Shown: positions 26,469-38,000 of the stretch, in pieces
Numbering within the stretch: position 1 is the first letter of the stretch
Layout of the letters: every line of letters begins with the position of its first letter
Assembly: GCF_036321535.1 (NCBI RefSeq)
Contig: NC_087436.1
Span: 69,008,001 to 69,072,000, forward strand
Length of the DNA: 64,000 nucleotides
Source of the DNA: Camelus dromedarius
Taxonomy: Eukaryota
Direction: 5' to 3'
Made by a program: the position numbers and the translations under genes
Notes under the pieces: model-generated
What the model was told of the DNA's origin: nothing
Databases searched by the model: none
The model's input: only the letters and a program-made list of their open reading frames with translations

Positions 26469-28486
26469 CTACCAAAGGAGGAAAACGGCTCAAATCAGAT
26501 GATAGATATTCTAAATCTACCTGTTTCTCCTCCAACTCATACAACACAGTTTATAACTTATGCATTAGGTCTTTATGTTAGTTTAAAACACAGATGCCTT
26601 AACTGTCTCAGTGAGGATGGACATTACTGTTCGTCCATTTAGCAAGTCATCTTTGAGTACTGTGTTACAACAGTGAGTAAAATAGCATGGTTTGTGTTCT
26701 TACGTTGATAAGGAGAAGTTGGTTTACTTTTTTATTTATCTAAAGCAAGTTATAAAACATTACATGTGGTCTGGTTGTATCTTTGTAAACTAAAGCCACA
26801 TCAGATGTGTGGACATATATAGATTTATAAACACAAATATATAACATCATTTATATGTTTAATTGTGTAGGGAAACATCATGATGTCAAAAGCAACTTTC
26901 CCATATTATAAGATTATGGGTAGACTTTTTGTCATTTTTGTTTACTTTATTCTTAACTATGTTTTCTGATGTTTCTATAATAAATATAGATTATTTGTAA
27001 AATATAATTTAACAGACAGGTAAGATTCATCATCAAAACCAATCAATTAGATGAAAAATAATCAGAAAACATTGTGACTTGGCATCATACAAATAGAGAG
27101 GTCTAGGGTTACAGTTAGGCCATATGGCCACCCTTAGTCTAATTTTATAAAGTTTGGACATTGTTTATTCTTTATAGCTTGAAAGATATGATGTCATGAA
27201 ATTGTCCATTTGGACGAAGACCTGTAACACACAAAAAACAAAATCTGATTTCAAGTTTCAAAATAGCCTCAGCTGTTTCTTCAATCTCTTTGTATTCTGC
27301 ATCACCCTAAACAAAACTTGCAAAACAGAAGAGTTTGTAATCAGTGGGTACATTTAGCAAATCATATATTCCCTGTGAGCAGGAGAACCTTTTTGTTCTA
27401 ATCTCTCTAGGACTAACTGATTTTTAGGTAGAGAAGGTCCTTTAAAAATAAATGAGTACCTTATGCCACACCTGTACAACTCCACCCAGTTTTGTTTCCT
27501 CTCTGTTCTCTATTCTTAATCCTAACTCTTCCTTGTATGCTTTTATACTAGAATTCAGTTGTTTAATCTCATCCTCAGAGCAAAACATCTATTTAGGCAT
27601 GGTATTTCTTATACTAGATAAATCACAGTTTAAAAGGAGTATACAGTTAAGGTAATTAATAATGATATTTATAACCTTATTAATATCCAATAATCTGTGT
27701 CTTCTAATGAGTAGAAAAGTTCACTGTGATAGCAAAGTCTGAAATTTGTTTTGGATTAGTCAGTTGTAATGTAGTCTGGTAGCTCAGTCTTTCTGAGACA
27801 TGAAAGTTTGAAAGACTCACACAGGTAGCCTAAATTATGTACATGGCACATAAAGTAGCTGAGACAGTTTCTATGCAAGTAATCACTATATTCAGCTTAT
27901 AAAATGTTTATCGTTGAAAGCCCATTTTAGGTGTTCTTGGAAGTTCTAAAGAATACATATAGTTGACTGCAGCACTGATAAGCTTTTCCCTTTCATTATG
28001 GATTTCTTTCAGTCATAAGCATAATTAGTCCCCCAAAACACACACACACATGAAAACAAAAACAATTCAGCAGTAGTAAACAATCCTATTTTTTAAAAAA
28101 AGAACAAAAGCAGAGTCTACAGAAAGAAAATCATTTGAAAACCTTTTAAATTTTGAGGCCCCCTGTATTTTGCCAGGTGCTAATTTAGAATCTGTGTTGT
28201 AAAGTACATTATTCCAAAATCTATGTACTAGAGAACAAAAATAATAGTTCTTATGGGTGGATATAAAAAGTAAGCAAAATTTTGCTAAAATTCGTTTCCC
28301 CCCCCAAATTTCTGAAAATTTCCCAGAGACTAAATACAGGGCCTTTAGGCCTCAGAAACAATTGCATGGGCCCAGAAATAACAATCTAAATTATAAAAAG
28401 CAACCAATTAACAAAAAACTAGAGGATACGCTATAGCAGCTTGTTAGCTTTTATAGACTTACTCTCCCAATTAAAATCCCATTTAC

Positions 28487-28494
28487 CTGGACAT
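28487..28494 (-). CDS. TMPRSS11B: TMPRSS11B exon 1 coding part (ATG TCC AG)
   Basis: ACT ATGTCCAG|gtaaat; phase matches exon 2; same position relative to the conserved promoter block as in the paralogue. Confidence 0.8.
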
Positions 28495-28504
28495 AGTATT
28501 TTGA

Positions 28505-28577
28505 TAGTTGTGGTGGTGCCACTGGCAATGGTAGTGATGATGATGATGACAGTGGTGACAGTGATAATGATAATAAG
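28505..28577 (+). repeat. Imperfect (GAT/GGT)n trinucleotide tract in the TMPRSS11B 5'UTR
   Basis: gtggtggtg...gtagtgatgatgatgatgacagtggtgacagtgataatgataataa. Confidence 0.7.
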
Positions 28578-28602
28578 GATCTTCTGGTGTAGCTTTTAAG
28601 AT

Positions 28603-28714
28603 GATCAGTGTTTCATAGGTTTATGTGCTACATCCAGTGTTGGTTTGTTTTTTGGGCTGGGTGAAATATGGAGAACAAATAAGATGAAACTTGTCTGACT
28701 AATGTTAATGACTG
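28603..28714 (-). promoter_or_regulatory. Proximal promoter block of TMPRSS11B
   Basis: GGGCTGGGTG (CACCC box on the minus strand) and AAACTTGTCT (28687-28696); homologous to 7605-7720. Confidence 0.55.
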
Positions 28715-29259
28715 TCATATTTCTATTGTTTCAAGATAGGAGTCATCCAGGGAATGACAAACTTCCTTGACTTGGCTATTTTGAAAAAAATAATTGCCAA
28801 GTCTTGGATTTGTCACCTAAAGCTACACCCCAAAAACAGCTTTGTGGTAAGTCGGGATAATCCTAACTCTGTGTTCGGTCAATTCCATCATTCTGGCTTC
28901 TTCTTCCTTAACTGAAACCAGCTGTAACTAGTTAGAAATTTCTGACAAAAGACTTTTCACAGGGTACCAATTTTAATATAACTAATATTGCCATCATTTT
29001 GCTTAACTTTTTAGCACCCCTATGCCACCTGGACTGAATGACCAATGCCCTCTGGCAAGAAACTGTATGTTTGTAAATCTCAGGCAATATAGTCCTTTCC
29101 TTTCATAAACTGACCCTAATACAGTTTTTCCCAGTTTTTGGTCACTCTCTGCTGCCTTCATATGGCTGGTTTTTATGTTTTTTCCAAACTTTGTAATTAT
29201 TAACTCTAAGAGAGCTTGATATAAGACTACCATTGCTGGAAGTGGAACTAATTATTGGT

Positions 29260-31195
29260 GATTTTTAAAAAAAAGATTTTCTTAATTTTAGTTTAAAAAT
29301 TGTCAATATTTCCTTTTAAGGTTAGTATTTTGTGAGTATATGTGTGCAATTCATTTAAGAAATCTTTGCCTTTCATAAATATATACTTCCATGTTTTCTT
29401 CTAAAACCTTTAATGTTTCTTCACTGTCTGCACTTAGGTCAACAATTCACATTGCATTTATTTGTGTGTGCATTGTGAAGTAGGAGTAAAAGATGCATCT
29501 TTTCCCATATGACTATTAATTGACCCTGTACATCTTATTGAAATCATAAACATGCAATCTTTATCCACCGCCCTTCAATGCCACCTTTCTTATAAATCAA
29601 GTATAAATCAAGTGTGGATCTCGTTCTGAACTTCTTTTATTGTTTCTTTGATTTATTTTTCTATTACTGTGCCATATCACACTACTTTGATTATTGAAGT
29701 TATAGAATGTATGCCAACTCAAAGAAAAACACGCAATATAAGAGTTGTGAATTCAGAGTCTTACTATAGCCTGGTGGACAGCCATTCAGTTAGCTCTGAG
29801 GAAAAGGCTCCAAAGAGGTAGGGGAAAAACCAAATTAAATATGATTACCAGATTAAATCTCGGTAAAAGATTACTGCTAGTCACAAAGAACAGATATCCC
29901 AAGTCAGTGATTTTAGTGCTTTTCTGTAAAATGGAAAATGCAAAAATCCAAGGTCATTGAAATTCTTCCTGAGATGTTTATCTATTTAAGGAGCATACTT
30001 GTCCAAAGCACGGAGGGCCTTACTCATTATGCTGTCCTCTTAATTTCATCTCACAGTGCAGTAGGTCAGTGAATATAGTGGGTTGTGACTTAATCCTTGT
30101 AGAACTTGGTGGTGAGCAACACCTTGAGTTTCTCTGTTTACACTTGATGTCTGGTATGTAAGCCCATATTTATTTTCCTTTGTCAAAATTGTCTTTGCTA
30201 TTTTTAGTCCATTACATTTCCTTATAAATTTTAACATCATCTGATTAATTTCCAAAAAAGAATTTCTAGACTTTTGTTGGTATAGTATTGAATCTATAGA
30301 TCTTTTGGGGAAGAACTGACTTCTTAAAATATTGAAGTTTCTAATCCATGAACTTGGTACCTTCTTTGTTTTATTTAGATTTTCTTTAATTTCTCTCAGT
30401 AGTGTTTTATAAGTATCTGAATAGAAGTCTTGTACATGTTCTCCTAGAATCAGTCTTATATATTTGACTTACTGAATCCTACTGTAAATGTCATTATCGT
30501 TTACATTTCATGTCATATTTATTGCTGACATATATAAATACAATTGACTTTTATATATTGACCTTGAATTGAGAAAACTTGATTCATCTATTAATTTCAT
30601 TTTTTTCTATTTGTGTATTCTTTTGGGTTTTTAACATACACTTCCATCTGCAAATAAGAACAGTATTATTACTTCTTTTCTATTGCTTATATTTTTATTT
30701 TGTTTTGGTTGTAGTTGATTTATTGATTACTTCTAGCTTAAGTCATAGAATTCTAGTAAACTGTTGAATAGAGTTGGTGATAGCTGGAGACCTTCTCTTT
30801 TTCCTAATTTCAGGGAAAGGTGTTTGGTACTTCACAATTAAATAGGATGTTTGCTATCATTTTATCAGATTAAGGAAGTTTTCTTTTGTTTTTAGTTTGC
30901 TAATTTTTACAAAAATGGATTTTTAATTAGCCAATGCTTTTTTTGGCATCTACTGAGATAATCATATCCTTTTTCTACCTTTATTTGATCAATATTGTGA
31001 ATTACATTGATTTGTATTTAAATGTTAAACTGATCTTGTATTTCTACAATAGCCCCAACTTGATCGCAAATAAGATACATTTTACATTCCATTGGGTCTC
31101 ACATTTTATTTTGCTTAGGATTTTTGTATCCATACTTCTGAGAAAGAATGACACAATTTTACAGTCTTTTAATGTCATTGTTACATTTTGTAATC
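29260..31195 (-). mobile_element. Old antisense L1 (L1M-type) fragment, host of the young L1 and of an LTR
   Basis: T-rich degenerate ORF2 antisense sequence that resumes after the young L1 at about 38339 (ccttataaaacaagttgggaag). Confidence 0.75.
29712..30142. mobile_element. LTR-like insertion within the old L1
   Basis: TG...CA-bounded block of about 430 bp that interrupts the antisense L1; TSD not clear. Confidence 0.55.
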
Positions 31196-32901
31196 AAAGC
31201 TATGTTGGAGACGGAAAAGATGGCGGAGTAGAAGGACGCTTGCAGGTCACCCTCTACCACAAATACACCAAGACCCACATCTACAGACCCACTCAGCCAA
31301 CCAGAGCACCTGTGGAACTCCGACAGAACATCGCCCTCTTCAAAAGATAAAGACGCCAAAAATCTGGTAGGAGAAAAGGAAAAAAGAAAGAACAAAAGGA
31401 AAAGCAGCACGGGACGGGGCCCGCGGGGAGGGAGCGGCAAAGGAGAACTGGCGCTGGCTCGCTGGGTCTCCCCTCTCCAACTGAGAGGCCAGCGGGACGG
31501 AGGGGGAGCCTCCGAGGCTCGGATCTGTACAGAGCAGCCCTTGACTGACAGAACTAAGTTAAACGGGCACACAGCGTCCCCCCGACACCCAGCCTGAGAC
31601 GCGGGCCGGCAGCGGCGGGCAGGGCCAGGCTGCACAAGCCGGGCGGAGGACGGAAGTGGCTGCACGGAGGCAGCCCCGGGGGAACGCAAGGGGCTGCGCG
31701 CCGTGGCTGTGGGTGCACAGGGCAGAACAACCTGGGCCCTCCATAAAACAGCAAGGTTGATGTGCTCTCGGGGGAAGGGTGCACACCCCCATCTCTGAAA
31801 ACCCACGGAAAGTTTTTGGGGGAAGAGAGGCAGAGCTCAGGCACAGCCGCCATATACTCCGGCACTTAGCACCCAGGCAGAGGCAGGGGCGAAACCTGCA
31901 TCCGCACCGAAGCGCTTAGCAGCCTCAAAGGCCAGACAGACTGGCCTGCAGCCTGGGGCAGATAGGATCCTCCATCCTGGTCCCTCAGAGAACTTGCTCC
32001 ACAAAGACAAACAAGGAGCTGGGTTTTCGCTCGGAGCAGGGACAGGGCTGTCCCTCAGTCTTCCCCGAGCCCACCCGCGGAGCGCCTACCAGGGCGGAGC
32101 GCCGACCAGGGCAGAGTGCGCAGCCGCACAGAGCAGCGGAGCTACCGGCGGTGGCGCAGGTAGAGCGAGAGCGGCCCCCCGCCTTTCGGGCAGGAACACA
32201 GCCCCTGACCGAGGTGCTGGGAGGGGGCACGACCCGCCCTCCTACCCAGCCAGTCTGCAACATCTGACTGCGGCATCCGGAGGGGCAGCGACCCGCCCAC
32301 CCACAGCAGAGAGCTGCACCTGACCCAGTGTTAGGATGAGGCGCGATCTGCTTGCCGACAGGTGCTGGGAGCAGCACAGAAGAGGGCGCCAACGGAGGGC
32401 CTCTGAAAACAGTAAGCTGAGCTTCCAAAACAGGAGACAAAGACAGAAAGACTTCACATTAAAAGCACACAGACTCCAGGAGAACACCGACAAACCCCCC
32501 CCCCCCTTTTTTTTTAAATCTGTTTTTACCTGTTCTCTTTTCTATTACTCTCTTAATTTTTACTTCTTAATTCATTTCTATTTCTCTTGGGTTTTGATGT
32601 CCTGCTATTCATTAGACACAGGTTTCAAATACATCTATTCACCTCCCCCCCCCTTTTTTTGTAAAGGTTTCAAAAGGACGTCTCAACACGATTAATACTC
32701 TGCTTCAACTCACTCTTCTATTATTCATTATACACTGTTTTCAAACCCTCTTTCTCCCTTCTTTTAAAATTCTTTCTCTCTCTCTCTTATTTTTTTTTCT
32801 TTTTTTCCTAAGTTCTATTCCTAAATAGGCATCAGATAGATAAAATCCTTAAGGACCAAAATAAACAACTGATACTCCATAAACCACAGTGCCGGAGAGG
32901 T

Positions 32902-33800
32902 ATGAGCAAGATGAAGAAGCAGAAAAACCTTTCCCAATTAAAAGAACAAGAGAAATCCCCTGAAAGATCAACGAAATAGCCATCGATAGCCTACTAGATC
33001 AAGATTTCAAAAAAGGAGTGATCGAATTGCTGAAGGAATTAAAAGAGATAGTGTTTAGAGATATAAAATATGTCAAAAAAGAAATTGAAGCTATAAAGAA
33101 GAGCCAAGTAGAATGGGTAAACTCATTGACAGAGATGACGAATGATCTAATAGCTGTGCAAAGCCGACTAGATAATGCAGAGGAACGAATTAGTGATCTA
33201 GAAGACAGGGCAATAGAAAGCACCCATTCAGAAGAACTACAAGAGAAGCAAATAAAAAATAATGAAAATAGCATAAGGGACCTATGGGATAATATAAAGC
33301 GTCCCAATCTTCGGATAATAGGGGTTCCAGAAGGAGAAGAAAGATCAAAGGGGATTGAAAAGGTTTTTGAAGAAATCATGACTGAAAACTTCCCAAACTT
33401 AAAGAAGGAATCAGATATCCAAGTACAGGAAGCTCAGAGGGTCCCAAACAGGAAGAACCCAAATAGACCCACACCAAAACATATCATAATCAAGATGGCC
33501 AGAGTCAAGGATAAAGAAATGATTCTAAAGGCAGCAAGAGAAAAGCAAAGAGTAAGTTACAAGGGAACCCTCAAAGGCTCTCAGCTGATTTCTCTACACA
33601 AACACTACAGGCCAGAAGGGAGTGGCAAGATATATTCAAAGCCCTGAATGAAAAAAAGATGCAGCCTAGGATCCTTTATCCAGCAAGGCTATCCTTGAGG
33701 ATAGAATGAGAAATAAAGAGTTTCACAGACAAAAAAAAAGCTGCAGGAGTTTAGCAACACTAAACCCATGTTAAAAGAAATATTGAAAGGGCTATTCTAA
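32902..33800 (+). pseudogene. L1 ORF1p (disrupted)
   Basis: Motifs LWDNIKRPNLRIIGVPEGEE and ILKAAREK. Frame breaks near 32970, 33570 and 33735, plus an in-frame TGA near 33707. Confidence 0.9.
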
Positions 33801-34202
33801 ATAGAAAAGCAGCAGGATGCTACAGAAATGAGAAACACACAACTGGAAAGGTGATAACTCATGAATTACAAATAAAGTAAACATGAAATTATAAAAGAAG
33901 ACATACAAATCACTGAGAGTGGGAGAGGGAGGCAGGGAAATATAGAATTTCTTTTCTTTCTTTTTAAAATTTTTTTAACAGTAGGATGGGTTTGAGATCA
34001 TGTTACTATCAGTTTAATAAGAACAGTTATAGTAATGGGTTGATAGATTTACAAAAAAGGGTAACCACAAGCCAAAAATTTACAAAGGAGTCACAAAATT
34101 AAATAAAATCCATAATAATACAAAGGAAAATTACCAAACCACAAAAGGAAGAAGAAAGGAACAAAGAGGATATACCAATTCAACTGCAAAGATAAGTTCA
34201 AA

Positions 34203-37200
34203 ATGGCAATAAACACACATCTATCATTAATTACTGTAAATGTTAATGGACTAAATGCTCCAGTCAAAAGACACAGAGTGGCAGACTGGATAATAAAGCA
34301 AGAACCTTCAATATGCTGCATACAAGAGACCCACTTTAGGGAGAAGGACACATATAGATTGAGAGTGAAAGGATGGAAAAGGATATTCCATGCAAATGGA
34401 AAAGCCAAAAAAGCAGGTGTTGCAGTACTGATTTCAGACAAAATAGACTTTAAAACAAAGGCCACAAAGAAAGATAAAGAAGGACATTTTATAGTGATTA
34501 AAGGAGTGATACAAGATGAGGATATTACACTCCTTAATATATATGCACCCAATATAGGGGCACCTAAGTACATACAAGAATTACTAACAGAGATAAAGGG
34601 GGATATTGATGGGAATACAATCATAGTTGGAGATTTTAACACTGCATTAACATCACTAGACAGATCTTCCAGACAGAAAATAAACAAGGCAACAGAGAAA
34701 TTAAATACTACAATAGAAAAACTAGATTTGGTGGATATTTTCAGAGCATTACACCGCCAAAAAATAGGATATACATTCTTTTCAAGTGCACATGGAACAT
34801 TTTCCAGGATCGATCATGTACTTGGGCACAAAAGAAACCTCAACAATTTTAAGAAGATAGAAATTATCTCAAGCATCTTTACTGACCACAATGCCATGAA
34901 ACTGGAAATCAACAACAGAGAAACAAAGGAGAAAAAAAGGAAAGCATGGAGATTAAACAATATGTTATTGAAAAAACAATGGATTAATGAGGAAATCAAA
35001 GCTGAAATTAAAAAATACCTTGAGACAAATGATAATGAAAGCACAACCACTCAAAACCTATGGGACACAGCAAAGGCAGTGCTAAGAGGGAAGTTTATAG
35101 CGATACAGGCCTTCCTCAAAAAAGAAGAACAATCTCAAATAAACAATTTAACCCACCACCTGAATGAATTAGAAAAAGAAGAACAAAAAGCCCCAAAAAG
35201 CAGCAGAAGGAAGGAAATAATAAAGATCAGAGAGGAATTAAATACAATAGAGATTAACAAGACCATAGAAAAAAATCAACCAAACCAAAAGCTGGTTTTT
35301 TGAAAAAGTAAATAAAATCGACAAACCTCTGGCCAAACTCACAAAGAAGAAAAAAGAGAGAGCACAAATTAGCAAAATAAGAAAGGAAAATGGAGAAATT
35401 ACAACAAACAAAATAGAAATACAGAATATCATACGAGAATATTATGAAAAACTGTATGGAACCAAACTGGATAACCTAGAGGAGATGGACAAGTTTCTGG
35501 AAACATACTGTCCACCAAAACTGAATCAAGAAGAATCTGAACACTTGAACAATCTGATCACTAGAAAGGAAATAGAAATAGCAATTAAAAACCTCCCTAC
35601 AAATAAAAGTCCAGGACCGGACAGCTTCACCGGGGAATTCTACCAAACATACAAAGAAGAACTCATAACAGTCCTTCTCAAACTCTTCCAGATGATTGAA
35701 AAGGAGGAAATACTCCCAAACTCATTCTATGAAGCCACCATCACCCTGATACCAAAACCAGGCAAAGACACTACAAAAAAAGAGAATTATAGGCCAATAT
35801 CACTGATGAACATAGACGCCAAAATCCTCACCAAAATTTTAGCAAATAGAATCCAACAACACATAAAAAAGATTATACATCATGACCAAGTGGGGTTCAT
35901 CCCAGGGACACAACGCTGGTTCAACATACGCAAATCAATCAGTGTAATACATCACATCAACAAGAGAAAGGACAAAAACCACACGATCATCTCAATCGAT
36001 GCAGAAAAAGCATTTGATAAAATTCAACACCCGTTTATGATAAAAACTCTCGCCAAAGTGGGTATAGAGGGAACATATCTCAACATAATAAAAGCTATAT
36101 ATGACAAACCTACAGCCAGCATAGTACTCAACGGTGAAAAACTCAAAAGCTTCCCACTAAAATCTGGGACAAGACAAGGATGCCCACTATCACCACTCCT
36201 ATTCAACATAGTCCTGGAAGTCCTAGCCACAGCAGTCAGGCAAGAGAAAGAAATAAAAGGGATCCAAATTGGAAAAGAAGAGGTAAAAGTGTCATTATAT
36301 GCTGATGACATGTTACTATATATAGAAAACCCTAAAAGGTCCACACAAAAGCTACTAGAGCTGATTGAAGAATTCAGCAAGGTAGCACGTTACAAAATTA
36401 ACGTTCAAAAATCAGTTGCATTTCTTTACACTAACGATAAATCAACAGAAGAAGAAAGTAAAGAAACAATCCCCTTTAAAATAGCACCCAAAGTAATAAA
36501 ATATCTGGGAATAAATCTAACCAAGGAGGTGAAAGAATTATACCCAGAAAACTATAAACCATTGATGAAGGAAATTAAAGAAGACTTTAAAAAATGGAAA
36601 GATATTCCATGCTCTTGGATTGGAAGAATCAATATTGTTAAAATGGTCACACTGCCCAAGGCAATCTACAGATTTAATGCAATCCCTATCCAGTTACCCA
36701 GGACATATTTCACAGAACTAGAAAAAATCATAATAAAATTCATATGGAACCATCAAAGACCTAGAATTGCCAAAGCATTATTGAAGAGAAAGAAAGAGGC
36801 TGGAGGAATAACTCTCCCAGACTTCAGACAATACTATAGAGCTACAGTCATCAAGACAGCATGGTACTGGTACCAAAACAGACATATAGACCAATGAAAC
36901 AGAATAGAGAGCCCAGAAATGAGCCCACAAACTTTTGGTCAACTCATCTTTGACAAAGGAGGCAAGAATATACATTGGAATAAAGACAGTCTCTTCAGCA
37001 AATGGTGTTGGGAAAACTGGACAGCAGCATGTAAAACAATGAAGCTAGAACACTCCCTTACACCATATACAAAAATCAACTCAAAATGGATTAAAGACTT
37101 AAACATAAGACAAGATACAATAAACCTCCTAGAGGAAAACATAGGCAAAACATTATCTGACATACATTTAAAAAATTTTCTCCTAGAAGAAATAAAAGCA

Positions 37201-38000
37201 AGAATAAACAAATGGGACCTAATGAAACTTACAAGCTTCTGCAGAGCAAAGGAAACCAGAAATAAAACAAGAAGAAAACCTACGGAATGGGAGAAAATTT
37301 TTGCAAGTGAAACCAACAAAGGCTTATCTCCAGAATATATAAGCAGCTCATACGACTCAATAAGAAAAAAATAAACAACCCAATCCAAAAATGGGCAGAA
37401 GACCTAAACAAGCAATTCTCCAAGGAAGACATACAAATGATCAAAAGGCACATGAAAAAATGCTCAATATCACTAATTATCAGAGAAATGCAAATCAAAA
37501 CTACAATGGGGTATCACCTCACACCAGTCAGAATGGCCGTCATTCAAAAATCCACAAATGACAAATGCTGGAGAGGCTGTGGAGAAAGGGGAACCCTTCT
37601 ACACTGCTGGTGGGAATGCAGTTTGGTGCAGCCACTATGGAAAACAGTGTGGAGATTCCTCAAAAGACTAGGAATAGACTTACCATATGACCCAGGAATC
37701 CCACTCCTGGGCTTGTATCCAGAAGGAAATCTACTTCAGGGTGACACCTGCACCCCAATGTTCATAGCAGCACTATTTACAATAGCCAAAACATGGAAAC
37801 AGCCTAAATGTCCATCAACAGGTGACTGGATAAAGAAGAAGTGGTATATTTATACAGTGGAATACTACTCAGCCATAAAAACCGACAACATAATGCCATT
37901 TGCAGCAACATGGATGCTCCTGGAGAATGTCATTCTAAGTGAAGTAAGCCAGAACGAGAAAGAAAAATACCATATGAGATCGCTCATATGTGGAATCTAA
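34203..38000 (+). pseudogene. L1 ORF2p endonuclease/reverse transcriptase (disrupted)
   Basis: APE motifs NVNGLN and GDFN; RT motifs QGCPLSP and YADD (about 36298); C-terminal cysteine-rich region. Frameshift in the A-run near 35270, stop at 36895-36897 (expected Trp) and frameshift near 37325. Confidence 0.93.

Larger units (their letters stand above)
17294..28494 (-). other. TMPRSS11B: TMPRSS11B (HATL5) complete gene, 10 coding exons, 417 aa
   Basis: Exons 8+119+116+68+161+39+178+260+143+162 = 1254 nt, all GT-AG, consistent phases, no internal stop. TM, SEA domain, R|IVNG activation site, His (AAHC), Asp (DDIAL), Ser (NDSGGP). Confidence 0.95.

Noticed and set aside
31159..32493. Long antisense ORFs (215 aa, 151 aa and others) in the L1 5'UTR, superficially ORF0-like
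   Set aside because: GC-rich sequence poor in stop codons; the 215-aa frame starts at GTG and is low-complexity Pro/Arg/Ala; no independent support.
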